64,000 bases of DNA from Tilletiaria anomala UBC 951 (taxonomy: Eukaryota): NCBI RefSeq assembly GCF_000711695.1, contig NW_013547020.1, positions 186,001 to 250,000 of the forward strand. Reading direction: 5' to 3'. The translations under genes were made by a program, and so were the position numbers. The notes beneath the pieces were generated by a model. It saw only the letters and a program-made list of their open reading frames with translations. It had not been told where the DNA came from and did no database searches. This document shows, piece after piece, positions 13,041-24,209 of this stretch; the first letter of the stretch is position 1, and each line of letters begins with the position of its first letter.

Positions 13041-13650
13041 ATGAACACCCGACCGCACAAGCAGAGCATGTCCGAGCTCAAGCTTAGGCGGCTCACCGAG
13101 CACAACATGCGGCTCAAAGAGGACCTGGATCGGCCGCGAGTAAAAGTCTCAGAAGCGAGCGCATCGTGAGTGGGCTGCGCCAATGTGCAGCGTTCTTTTC
13201 TTTCGGTCTCTATGCTTCTTAAGATTCGGTGATCCGAACGACTCGGTATGGCGGCAAGGATGCGCTACGCGGCCTGGGTTTGCTGGTCAGATGCTCCATG
13301 CTCCGTTGCAATGTTGGGCTTGGCGGAGAGGGTGAGCCTCCTCTGTAAATGACTGCCGATTGCAGAGGAGGCTAAGTGCTTCCCTTTTCTCTCGCAACTC
13401 GATAGCCTTCGAAGGCGGTCAGATTGTCACTACAGCGATATTTTCTCTGCTTTTTTACTTGCTTTTACCTTGAGCTCATTCACTGACTCCATGACTCTCG
13501 TCCTCTGCCATTCCCTGCCCCTATCACAGCCTGATTCGCTATTGCAAGACAACAAAGGACTACCTTGTCCCATCCGTCTGGGGCCCCGTCGACAAGCGGG
13601 AAGACCCGTATGCTCCGCATGGCGGCGGATGCGAGTGTGCTATCATGTGA
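13041..13650 (+). CDS. STE18: Heterotrimeric G-protein gamma subunit
   Basis: Not in the ORF track. [42 protein letters not shown], then intron 13166-13529, then [39 protein letters not shown] with a CaaX box. Confidence 0.93.
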
Positions 13651-14194
13651 TGCGAAGATGGACATCTTTTAGCCATCGCAGTGATCGGCACAGACGCATT
13701 CGCTTTTGTGGCGGGTGGCGATGCTCGAGCATACATGCTTTCAAAGGGAAGAAGCAGTCTGATATTCTCAGGACGGGCATTCGACCCATCTAGGCGACCT
13801 TCGCATGTTGCCGGTTGCGGATACAGGGTACATGGCCCCGATGCTGTATGCTCGTCCTAATCACTCGATCGCCACCATCAAGACGCCCCCTGGGAACCAC
13901 CTAGTGGCGTTGCCGCGCACTCGCAAGGCAAGGTCCGATATACCGCCTCTCCGTCCCACCGATGACCTGCATCGCAATATCGGATAATGACTCCGTCTCT
14001 CACTCTGTCTTTTCTGTTTCTGTTCCTCGCAACACACAGCATGTCATTATTAGCCATCTCTTTCACTGCAATACCAGACTGATTGACTAACCGCCGAGAA
14101 TGGGTTGCATGCGATTCGGTCGGCTTTGATATTGCTGTCTCATTACAAACAGAGTCACCCAGCAAGCGATATATCTCCGAGCAGCAGAGCATCG

Positions 14195-15358
14195 TCAATC
14201 GCTCCGCTGCCACGCGCCGCTCTTGCCGCCACTCTTGGCGATGACCTTCAGGTCTTCGATGTACATCTCGCGTCCCGCGACCGCCTTGGCCATGTCCCAG
14301 ATCGTGAGGCACGCAACGCTGACGCCCGTCAGCGCTTCCATCTCGACACCTGTCTGGCCCGTCGTGCTCGCCGTGCATTCAACGACGAGGTAACCGCCCT
14401 CGGGCTCGAGCTCCTCGTCGTCGTCAAAGGTGATGTGCACCGCGACCTTCGTCAACGCCAGCGGGTGGCACAGGGGGATCAGGTCCGACGTCCGCTTGGC
14501 GCCCATGATTCCGGCAAGCTGCGCCGTTTGTACGACAGGGCCCTTTGTAGAAGCTGGCACTGGAACAGCCGAGGATGCGTCAGATTGCTCGCTCGCCCGC
14601 AAAGCGTTCATGGCGGCGCGCGGAAGCCATACACGACCACGTGCGGTAGCAGTTCGCTTCGTGCTGGTCTTGCTGCTGATGTCGACCATGCGCACTTGAC
14701 CGCTGGCCTCATCAACGTGCGTGAAGCCTGACGCTGCGGCAAAGTCCCTCGAGGTTGAATGACTAGGCTGTGGAATGCTGCCGCGCATGGGTGGCGCGGG
14801 CTGAGCAGATGCTGTAGCATCATTTTGCGACTGCTGCTCTGCTAGCATCTGAGCGACAGCTGCTTCTAGCATTATGCGCTCAGCTTTAGCTGTGGCTGAT
14901 GATGCCATTGCATTTTGCTTACGAACTATCTGGTTGCTTTCTGCCAAGCGTGTACCGTCTGCGGTTGGTTGCGCATGGCTTGAGCTTGCGCTATCGGCGA
15001 AGGCGTCTAGATTGGCCCATGGGTTGTCTTCATCATCGCTGGCGTTGTGCCCCATGTATTCAGACCAGGTCTGCACTCGTGGCTGCTCCGTGAGCGAACC
15101 AGTGGAGGCGCGACCCCAGGTCATCTTGCTGGCAGACGCTGCGTCAGCTGCAGCGTCGAGGCGATTCCAAGGTCCTTCATCATCGGACTTCGAGGAGTAG
15201 AAACGCTGCCGTCCCAAAGTAGTGGAAAGCCTAAGCCCAAGTCGTGGTGACGCAGATCTGGCCCGGACGGCGAGAGCAAGGTTTGTCCGGTGACTCGGAA
15301 AGCTGTTGATTCTGGAAGCCCTGGAACGTTGACCGCCGCGCCCCTCAGCGAAAGCTAG
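14195..15358 (-). CDS. moaC: Cyclic pyranopterin monophosphate synthase MoaC (MOCS1B/Cnx3), in frame directly after the MoaA stop
   Basis: FTHVDEASGQVRMVDISSK, AGIMGAKRTSDLIPLCHPL, TGVEMEALTGVSVACLTIWDMAKAV and KSGGKSG motifs. The frame is open from 15358, immediately after the MoaA TGA. Confidence 0.93.
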   Translation of the reverse strand, partial: LAFAEGRGGQRSRASRINSFPSHRTNLALAVRARSASPRLGLRLSTTLGRQRFYSSKSDDEGPWNRLDAAADAASASKMTWGRASTGSLTEQPRVQTWSEYMGHNASDDEDNPWANLDAFADSASSSHAQPTADGTRLAESNQIVRKQNAMASSATAKAERIMLEAAVAQMLAEQQSQNDATASAQPAPPMRGSIPQPSHSTSRDFAAASGFTHVDEASGQVRMVDISSKTSTKRTATARGRVWLPRAAMNALRASEQSDASSAVPVPASTKGPVVQTAQLAGIMGAKRTSDLIPLCHPLALTKVAVHITFDDDEELEPEGGYLVVECTASTTGQTGVEMEALTGVSVACLTIWDMAKAVAGREMYIEDLKVIAKSGGKSGAWQRSD

Positions 15359-15361
15359 TCA
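15355..15361 (-). promoter_or_regulatory. Stop-codon readthrough motif TGA-CTAG between MoaA and MoaC
   Basis: Minus strand reads ...ATC GGC GGG TGA CTA GCT..., and the downstream frame is open into MoaC. Confidence 0.7.
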
Positions 15362-16993
15362 CCCGCCGATATGTATCATTGGTCGATTCTTCTGTTGCGC
15401 AAGCTCAGCAGGCCCTGACATACCGGCGTGCTTTGCGTGCTTCCTCCCTACTGCCGCCCCGATGACCTTGAGCAATTCTTCATCCGTCGCTTGTCCATTG
15501 GGCCCGGTCCCGCGCATGATGTCGCGTAGAGATACTTCAGCATTCCCAAAGAGACAGACCTATAGAACACAAGACAATGTCAGGAGAAGTACAGGGCGAT
15601 TTGATGGCTTCTGGTGCAAAGCTCACTTTCATGTTCCCATCAGCGGTGATGCGCAGTCGATTGCACGAGTTGCAAAAGTGGTCCGTCATGCTGAAGGCCG
15701 GTAAACACTTCAGTGACCTGGTCATGACTCAAGGAGGACGATTTCAACCTCACCTAGTAATGAACCCGACCCTTCCCTTGTAACCAGGTACGCGCCACCC
15801 TTTGCTGGTATCGTTTGCCTCGTCTTCTAAGCGTTCAAAGTCGCCGTACATTTCGCGAATGACAGCTAGTAAGTCCTGATAAGGCACCAGCTTGGACGTC
15901 TGCCATCTGTTTCCGTCGAATGGCATATACTCGATGAAGCGAACGACAACGTTGTGGTCGCGCGTGTAATCAATGAAGCTTTTGATCTCCTCCTTGCTAT
16001 CGTTGACACCTTTAAGCATGACGACGTTGATCTTGATACACTGCATACCCGCGCCAGCGCTCACCAGCTTCTGTGCAACATCGAGCGTTTTGAGCACCGC
16101 GTCGAGCCCGCCGCCGGGCCTGCGCGTCAGCAGCTCGAATTTGAACGGGTCAAAGGTGTCGAGAGAGAGGTTCAGATGCGAAAGCCCTTGGTCGACCAAG
16201 CGTGGTAGCCTTCGCGCGAGAGCCAGACCGTTCGAAGTCATTCCTATTGAGCGCAATCCCATCGATCGAAGCTCATTCAAAGATCCTATGTTCCAAATCA
16301 AAGTAAATCAGCTTATCTAAAGCTCAAGCAGTGATGCTCTGGAATGCGAAAACGCACCGATGATATCCTCGAGATCCCGCCTAATAGTCGGTTCGCCGCC
16401 AGTGAGTCTGATCTTCTCCACGCCATTTTTGACAAAGAGTGTCGCAAGTCTCTGCACCTCTTGCGCAGTCAGCAGTTCCGGGCTCGGTGTCAATGTTGCG
16501 CCATCTTCGGGCATGCAATAAATGCAGCGCAGATTGCAGCGTTCGGTTAGCGAGATGCGCAGGTAGGTGTGCTGCCGCGCGTGCCGGTCCCGCAGAAGTA
16601 GCGATGCGGTCTGAGAGGAAGTGTGTTTTGCGTCGATGGCTGAGATCTATATAGGCCGAAATATTACGGCGCGTGTGTCAGCGGATATAGGCTGAAAGCA
16701 TGCTATCAGCTCGGCCGAATGCTACCAATCCTGCTCACTCTTTCTCGCGACGCGTCTCGAGCTGATTTCCCTGCCGGGAGCTGAGAAGTCAGCGTTGCAT
16801 CCCTCGCAGCAATGGCCGTTCTTGTGTCTGTGGCGAGCCAGCGTCCTGGTGGCCCGCATTGATAACTGTTGGATTCTGCGAGTCTGCCGTATTTGGCGGA
16901 GCGACTGGCGACATAGGCACCAACGCCAAAGCCACTGTTGTTCCCGGTGCGACAAGCCAGGGTTGCAGCAGCCCTGTTTGTGCAAGCCATCAT
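15359..16993 (-). CDS. moaA: GTP 3',8-cyclase MoaA (MOCS1A/Cnx2), radical SAM, multi-exon
   Basis: [23 protein letters not shown] (CxxxCxxC), [39 protein letters not shown] and C-terminal [10 protein letters not shown]-terminus is presequence-like. Confidence 0.95.
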
Positions 16994-19745
16994 GCCACAC
17001 TGTCTGGCAGATTGAGTGGATTGAGGGTCGACTAGGATGACAGGCACGTTGAATACATGCAGTGGCATGGGATTGATAAACTGTGCGTTGATGAGAATGC
17101 GACTGGTTGCTGCGGTGTTGAACTTCATACCATATGACATTGTCCCTTCGTACCTTGACAAGGGCTTCAAGCCCTGTTCCGCTCCACTGTCCCAGGTACG
17201 ACGCATCAACCTTTGTACAGGCTGCTTCACTTGGCCTTCGTCAATGCCTGTATTGCACTCAATGGACCCCCATCCTCCCACCGTCTCCACCATCTCCACC
17301 ATCTTCTCTGGGGGAGATCTGTGCATAGGATCACAGTATATGGACACTTGGTTGACGAGGTCTAATACCGATATTGGCCAGTAAGCTATTCATTGACGTA
17401 CATGGGTATTAGTACCACTTCTGTGCCTGGTTTAACAAATTGGTTCTAGCCATTTAGCGAAACAAAGGTTCAACAGCCTGAACCCTTTCAGACATATCTG
17501 AGCATCACTTATATCAACACCTTTGACGACTTTGAGTCTTTGTTCAGCGGTAGAGTATATGCTTGTCCAAAGATACGTGTTGAGAATCAGTATCATTCAT
17601 ACACATTTCAGGCTTGTCTTTCCATTAAGGGTTCCAGGTCGTGCCACGGTGAGTGATCATCCTGAGTCGATCCTCCTCGATCCTAACAGTCTTGGTGTCA
17701 GTTGGTCTGTCGTGTCATGTGTTGCTGAAGAGCTGAATGTCAGGGGCACGCCGGGTTTGTGCGCCAACCATGGCGTATGATGTCGCCTGCCGACGTCAGT
17801 CGTCACCAGGAGCGGCAGTCGAATCATTCGGCCGTAGGGGGAAGCGCAGCAAACACAAATCGGGCTCAGCTTCCACCAAACAGCACCTTTATTTGGCATG
17901 CACAATACATTGTGTTTGGGTGTAATACCCTGCTCGCATTGCATAAATAGTAGACACACGCACCTGATCGCATTCTCTCAATGTATCTAGCACAAAGAAT
18001 TTACTGCATTCTTTGTTCATAAAGTGAATCGCACCTGATACCTCTGCTTCCGGCTTTCTATTCTCTGGAGGTCTCGACCTACCTACCCAAAAGTCAGCCA
18101 CGGTGACATATGAATCCACCAAGCCGATCTTCGCGTCATATCCCTGATCTCCTATGTATTCTGTGGTGCCATCTCCTAGAAGAAATTGGAATGTTTCTAT
18201 GATGGAAATGCTGAGGGTTCTGACCCACGGTGCCGTCGAGTCTCGCTGACATAAGTGCATCGTGCTGAAGTAGCTGTCCCCAGGAGTTTAGGAAATCACC
18301 GCCAAGCCATGCTTTGCGATGGCACAAGTACCGAGCTCTGCGACCGTAAGAAGCGATGGTTGGTCGAAGGTTTGACGAACGATAGGATAGTTGTTCGACG
18401 AACAATGCCTGCAGCTTTTGCGCCAACTTGCGCAAGTCATTCGCCTAGTCAATTTCCTCAAGCCCTCCCGTATGGACAGACTCGGGTGCGCAAGCAGGTG
18501 CGAGTTTAGGCTATTCACTGGATCGTTTTCAAAGTTGTGCAGCTTTCCGCATGCCCAATGAGAACTGGTCGTTCCCTCTCTGCGAGCGGGTTGGGGTTGA
18601 AACTCGTCGAGACTTTGGAGGGGACTGGCTGGAACCGTGCGCGCGCTTGTTCATGCTCTTGCTGCTGCTTCACCAAATTGATTAGCCTTGTTTTCCTGTT
18701 CATCAGCGTCTTCTAACTGTCGATGGTAGTCGTTTGATCGGCACCTTGCTGCCACATAAAGTTGATCAGCCCGACCTCGACAGAGGACGATTGTGCGGCT
18801 TTCTCGTTGCCATGCTCCTGCTGGATTTCTTCTAGCGTATCCGAAATTCCCCAGCATTGTGGCAGGCACAGGGTCTTCAGGTAGTACCTTGAGAGATCCA
18901 CACTGCGTCATTATTGTAGCCTGTTCTTTGTTTTTATTACGGCGCGGTAGACGCTCAGCTCGCTTCTCGAGGAAAAGGAAGCGTGCTCTTTGTCGATCTG
19001 TTGTTGCACTTTTGTGCCTTGTACATTTTCTTTTGAATCTAATTGAAGCCACTGGAGAGCAGCATGGTGGCACATGGTTGCTCGTCCAGCCCTGTCTATA
19101 ATGATACGGTCCTTACTCTTGTTCCGACATACGAAGAGGTAGGCAATCAAAGAGCACCCTGAAAGTTTATATTCATTGAAGAGTATGTAAGATTTGGTGC
19201 CTCGAATGATGCCTGAGATCGAGCCGAGGATCCTGAGTGTTGTCCCCACATTGTACAATGTGGAAGAAACAAACTTATATACCGTACAGCTGAACTCTGG
19301 ATGGACAGCGGTGAAAAGACGTGAAGCAACACTGGTGCAAAGTTGGTGCTTCGTACTTAAACACGTGGAACGGTAAGGGTTCGAAGCCCCCTGTTAAGGT
19401 ACGAAGCAACACCACCTTAGAGTACCGAAATCATACAATATGCGGGGTTGTGTCTGCTTTGATCGTGTGATCCATCTCTCGAAGATTGCGCCGGCAGAAC
19501 CCTCAAGTCTCAACATCACTCAGCGTCGCTATCTCGATTCTCATGGGCTCTTTCTGATCGTCCTTGCTTATGTGTCTTTTTTCCGACTTTTAACAATCCT
19601 AGATCGCACTGACACGATGGAATGCAGAGCAAAAATGACCTTGTCGGATCGAATCAACCCTGAGATACAAACGAACACCAATTCAGGTCCTGCAGAATCT
19701 CTCCGGGATAATAAGAAAGTTCAAACAATGAGCCCATCCTACTTT

Positions 19746-21751
19746 CTACTTCTTGCCGGGTGCTTTGAACCTCCTCAGCGCCCTCTGCCTCGCCTCAGTA
19801 TGCTCAACGATCGGCTTGGGGTATCCCAACTTATCAAACTCAGCCTTCGACATGCGGTCATAGGGCGCGTGGATTGCGTTCCCCTTGACATTCTTCAGCT
19901 CGGGCACCCAGTGCCGGATGTACGATCCATCCGGGTCGGACTTCTCGGACTGGCTGAGCGGGTTGAAGATGCGGAAGTACGGCTGCGGGTCGGTGCCGGT
20001 TGAGGCAGACCATTGCCAGCCACCCTAATGTCCAAGCAGCGAGCAGCGAAGGACCGATGCGGTCAGCACGTGGGCGCAACGATGAGCGGCAGATCTGAAG
20101 GAGCGGCGTGGGAACTCACATTGTTGCTGGCAAAGTCGCCGTCGATCAAGTTCTGCATGAACCACCTTTCGCCCTCCCTCCAATCGATCATGAGATGTTT
20201 AGTAAGAAACATGGCGGTGATCATCCTCCCGCGGTTATGCATGTATCCCTGCTTCTTGCACTGGCGCATGGCCGCATCGACGATCGGGTAGCCAGTCTTG
20301 CCCTGCTTCCACCTCTCCAAGTTTTCCCCTTCCGCGCTCTCCCAGATGACGTCCTCATACTTCAGCAGATATGCGCGGCCCATGCAGACACGTGGCCACG
20401 CGGAGAGGACGTGCGCGTAGAAGTCGCGGAAGGATATCTCCGTGTTCCACATGGCCGGGCCCGAGTCGCGGCCGACGTGCAGGCGGTTCTTTGTGATAGC
20501 CTTCGTCTGGCGCAGACACTCGCGCGCCGAGACGATGCCAGCGGCGAGGTAGGGCGAGATGTGCGATGTCCCGTTCTCGTTCATTAGATTGCGCCCAGTG
20601 CTGTAGCGAGACAGACGCGTCTCCTCTCCCTTCTTCGCGTCGGCTTCCTTGACCATGGTCCTCGGTTCGCCCGTCGCAGGCTCCTCGAACATGGATATGC
20701 CGCCTTTGCTGTAGAAGAAGTTCTGCAGCACCTTCTGTGCGGCCTCCTCTCCCGCCGGCCAGAGCTTGGCCATATACTTTTGGTCATCGGCATCGCACTC
20801 AAAGCCGCTGACGTGGTCCGGTACTTTGCTGTCGAAGAGCTTCTGCAACTTACTGTCGCTCGTGATAGCCTTTTTGTCGTTAGGTTCCGGGTCAGGATGC
20901 GCCTCGAGCATGTCCTTATGTTTCTCAATGTACGCCGTCCACGCACGATTCCAAGGCGAAAAAACACTGTATGGTCTTCCATCTTTGGTGATGACCTTTC
21001 CGGGGGGGACGACATAGGCATCGTCCACAAAGGCTGCATGTATGGTGTTCTTTGATTTCTCCGCTTTGCGGACAAGCGCTGCATCGCGCCACAACTCGTC
21101 CACCTCATATTCGATGTTGCCGCAGATGTTTGTCGCCCCCCACTCGTCTGCAAGCTGAAGCACCCTGTCCACCAGCGTCTTACGGTCCTTGTGCTCTACG
21201 ACGACAAATGGGATGTTGAAGCGCTCTTTGAAGTCCTTTTGTAGGATGCGCAAATTGCGCAGGATGAAATCCACGCGCCTCGGACTACGGTCGTGCGCCG
21301 CGTAGTCGGACGGCGAGAGCACGTGCAGAGCAATGATGTGCGCCTTGTTCTTCTGCGCGATCGACGACGCGAGGCTCAGCGCGTGATTGTCGGCGATACG
21401 GAGATCCTTGTTGCGCTGCCAGTAGATCACATTTCTGCCATTGGTCCACGTTGGCTCTAGCGTCCTAATCGAAGAGAGGGCTTTGCGAAGGTCCTCCAGT
21501 GGGGTGACGTTCTTAGGCAGCCGGGGGTTGAGCTCGTTGGCCCTGGGATGGCCCTTGCCGTATGCGGGAGCGCTCGATGTCGACTTCTTCGCGTCTCCAT
21601 CCTCTTTTTTGCTTCGCTTGCGAGCCGGATAACTAGCCTCCTCTTCATCGCTGCTGTGGTCGACGTCTGACTTGGACTTGCTCTCGGTCTTATTTTCCTT
21701 CATCGCGGTCGGTGTGGCGCGCTTTGATCCAGCTAATGCTTTCGCTGCCAT
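19746..21751 (-). CDS. PHR1: DNA photolyase (class I CPD photolyase/cryptochrome family)
   Basis: YWQRNKDLRIADNHAL, TSHISPYLAAG, WKQGKTGYPIVDAAMR, YMHNRGRM and LIDGDFASNN, then after an intron GGWQWSASTGTDPQPYFRIFNP. Confidence 0.95.
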
Positions 21752-22781
21752 GGTGACATTGGTAACTCGAGATGGGAAGAACGATCTAGGGGGTGGTGGA
21801 GGGGGCAATTGAGTCAGGGCTAAGGGCTGCAGTAGCAGAGACGATTGCGAGATGAACAGGGGGGAAAGTCGCTGTCGATCCGGCAAGGCACACCTACGCA
21901 AGAATACGTTCCAAGCGAATGCTGCCTGATATAGCATACACTGGTGCTCTTGCCCTTAGTATGTGCCGCTGGACGTGTAGGTGTCGATGGGTTGGGAAAG
22001 GGAGGAACATGCAACAGCATCGGTGACGCGATGGATTTCCACAGAAGCACGCTTCGCACGCCAAAAAGGTGTGAATGGTACACTGTGAGACGCGATTGGC
22101 ATTCGCCAGCCAGTGCTCATCCGAAGAAAGCCGTTATTGCGTTGTTGGGTCTACACAGCATGCCACACTCGCTCGCTCTCCTGCTGTGCTGCTGCGTCCA
22201 CAGGGCGGCACATCCAGGCGCACGCACATTCTGGCAGCTCCTCCTATTGAGCACTGTACCCTGCTTCGTTCGTCTTACAGTGCGGCGCTCGCAGCTTGCG
22301 ACTTGCCAGCTTCGAGTTCCCTCCCACCTATCGTGTCTTGGGTCAGCATCTGCTGCACCGAAATGACGCATGGTTGCACCGAATAACGAACTGGAGCGCG
22401 GAAAACAGCCAAGACTTTTGACCTATAGTATCAATTTGACAACACGCTGGCTGACACAAGCTCCGCTATCTCCCCCATAATGGAAAGACGTCGCAAAGGG
22501 GTCGAGGTGCAGGATGGACTTTTGATGCCAGCAGTTGAGCCATACCGGTCACAGAATGGGCTTATAACGATGAGCCTTTTGCTCATCCGCTTGTCTGCCA
22601 GCAAGAAGCTCTACGGATTCCGACGCTGCATGCGTAACAAAAACAAACTTGCCCCCTTCGTTCGTCGACTTCAGGCACTATGCAACCAGGGTGAGGATCG
22701 CCTCCGAGTCGGTTCATCATCGTATCAAGGCTTTCTTCCGTGTGTCACAAGAACTCATGAAACTTAGCTGCAACAGGCGCA

Positions 22782-24044
22782 ATGGCGGTCTACGTCCTAG
22801 ACAAGTACAACCTCGCCTTCACTTTCCTTATCTCGCTCGGCTGGCAGGCGCTCGGCTTCGCCATCGCCTTCGGCCTGCAGATCGACACCATCACCGATTT
22901 CTGGTCCGCAGTCAATTTCTTTGCGCTCGCGCTCATAACGCTTTGTCTTGGTGGCCAGTATGATGGTCGCAACATCGCTGCGAGCACGCTCGTCATGATC
23001 TGGGCCGTCCGTTTGGGCGCATGGCAGCTGTTCAGGATGCTAAAAAGTGAGTGCCTGTTTCACTTCTCTGCCGGAACAATCTTTCTGATTCCAGGTGCTT
23101 GGTCCTGCAAAGTGGGCGGAGACAAGCGGTTCGACGAGATGCGTAGCAAGCCTCTGAGCCTTGCCGGCTTCTGGAGCCTCCAGCTGCTCTGGGTCTGGGT
23201 CGTCTCGTTGCCCGCCATCCTGCTCAACTCGCCCGCGACGAACATCCCTTCGCGCGGCGGCATTCACCTCTCGTTTGGCACGGACAAGGACATCGCCGGC
23301 GTCATCCTTTGCGGCCTCGGTGTACTGATCGAGGCCACAGCCGACTTGCAAAAATACCGTTTCAAGTGTGTCACCAAGGCGCTCAAGGGCGCCATCATCG
23401 ACCTGGGCTTGTGGGGCTGGTCGCGTCGTCCGAACTACTTTGGCGAAATCCTTTTCTGGTGGGGGATGTACATTCTCTGCCTAAGCCCAGCCATCGACCA
23501 GCGCGACAGCACGACCAGTGCGAGCATCTCGCATGGCGGGCGCGCGGCGCTCATAGCATCTGTCTTCTCTCCGCTTTTCACCATGGTGCTCCTCCTTTTC
23601 ATATCTGGCGTGCCACTTGCAGAAAAGCCGACACAGGAAAAGTATTTCCTCATGTCGCATGGACCTGACAGCGACGACGGGCACAACGACCTCGAGCCTT
23701 TCGGCAAGTGGCAGAGGGAATGCGACCCGTGGGCACGCATGCGCGCACACCGAGAACGGACTAGCCTTCTCCTACCCCTACCCCCGGCGCTCTACTGGCC
23801 GCTACCGCGATTCGTCAAGACGTGGGTGTTGCTAGATGTGAGTACGAGCAACGAATCCACGTTGCCTCGCAGTCATGGAGAGAAGAAGAAACAAGGAGAG
23901 CAAAAATGGCTGATGCACCTCCGCCTCCGGCTCTCACTTTTGCGCCACGCGTAGCTACCAATGTACCGTTTCGATGAGGCCAAGGATGGGACGAAAGCAA
24001 TCCAAGCTGCGGAGCGTAAGAAACGTGCCGAGAACAACGCCTGA
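22782..24044 (+). CDS. DUF1295 / steroid 5-alpha-reductase-like membrane protein
   Basis: Multiple TM segments, WAVRLG, DKRFDEMR, EATADLQKYRFK and GLWGWSRRPNYFGEILFWWG. Last exon LPMYRFDE...NNA* follows an intron starting near 23839. Confidence 0.88.
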
Positions 24045-24209
24045 ACGCCTCGGGTTGGAATTCTTTACCTTTGGCTGCATGTGCCATCAAGCGTCCACTT
24101 GTTCTGTAGAATAGCTCATTCTTCCTGCATCATGTATTTTACACTCCCCCACGCACGCTTCTACGTGCCCTCTGGGCGTACCATGAAGGCGATCAGCATA
24201 ATGGATATT

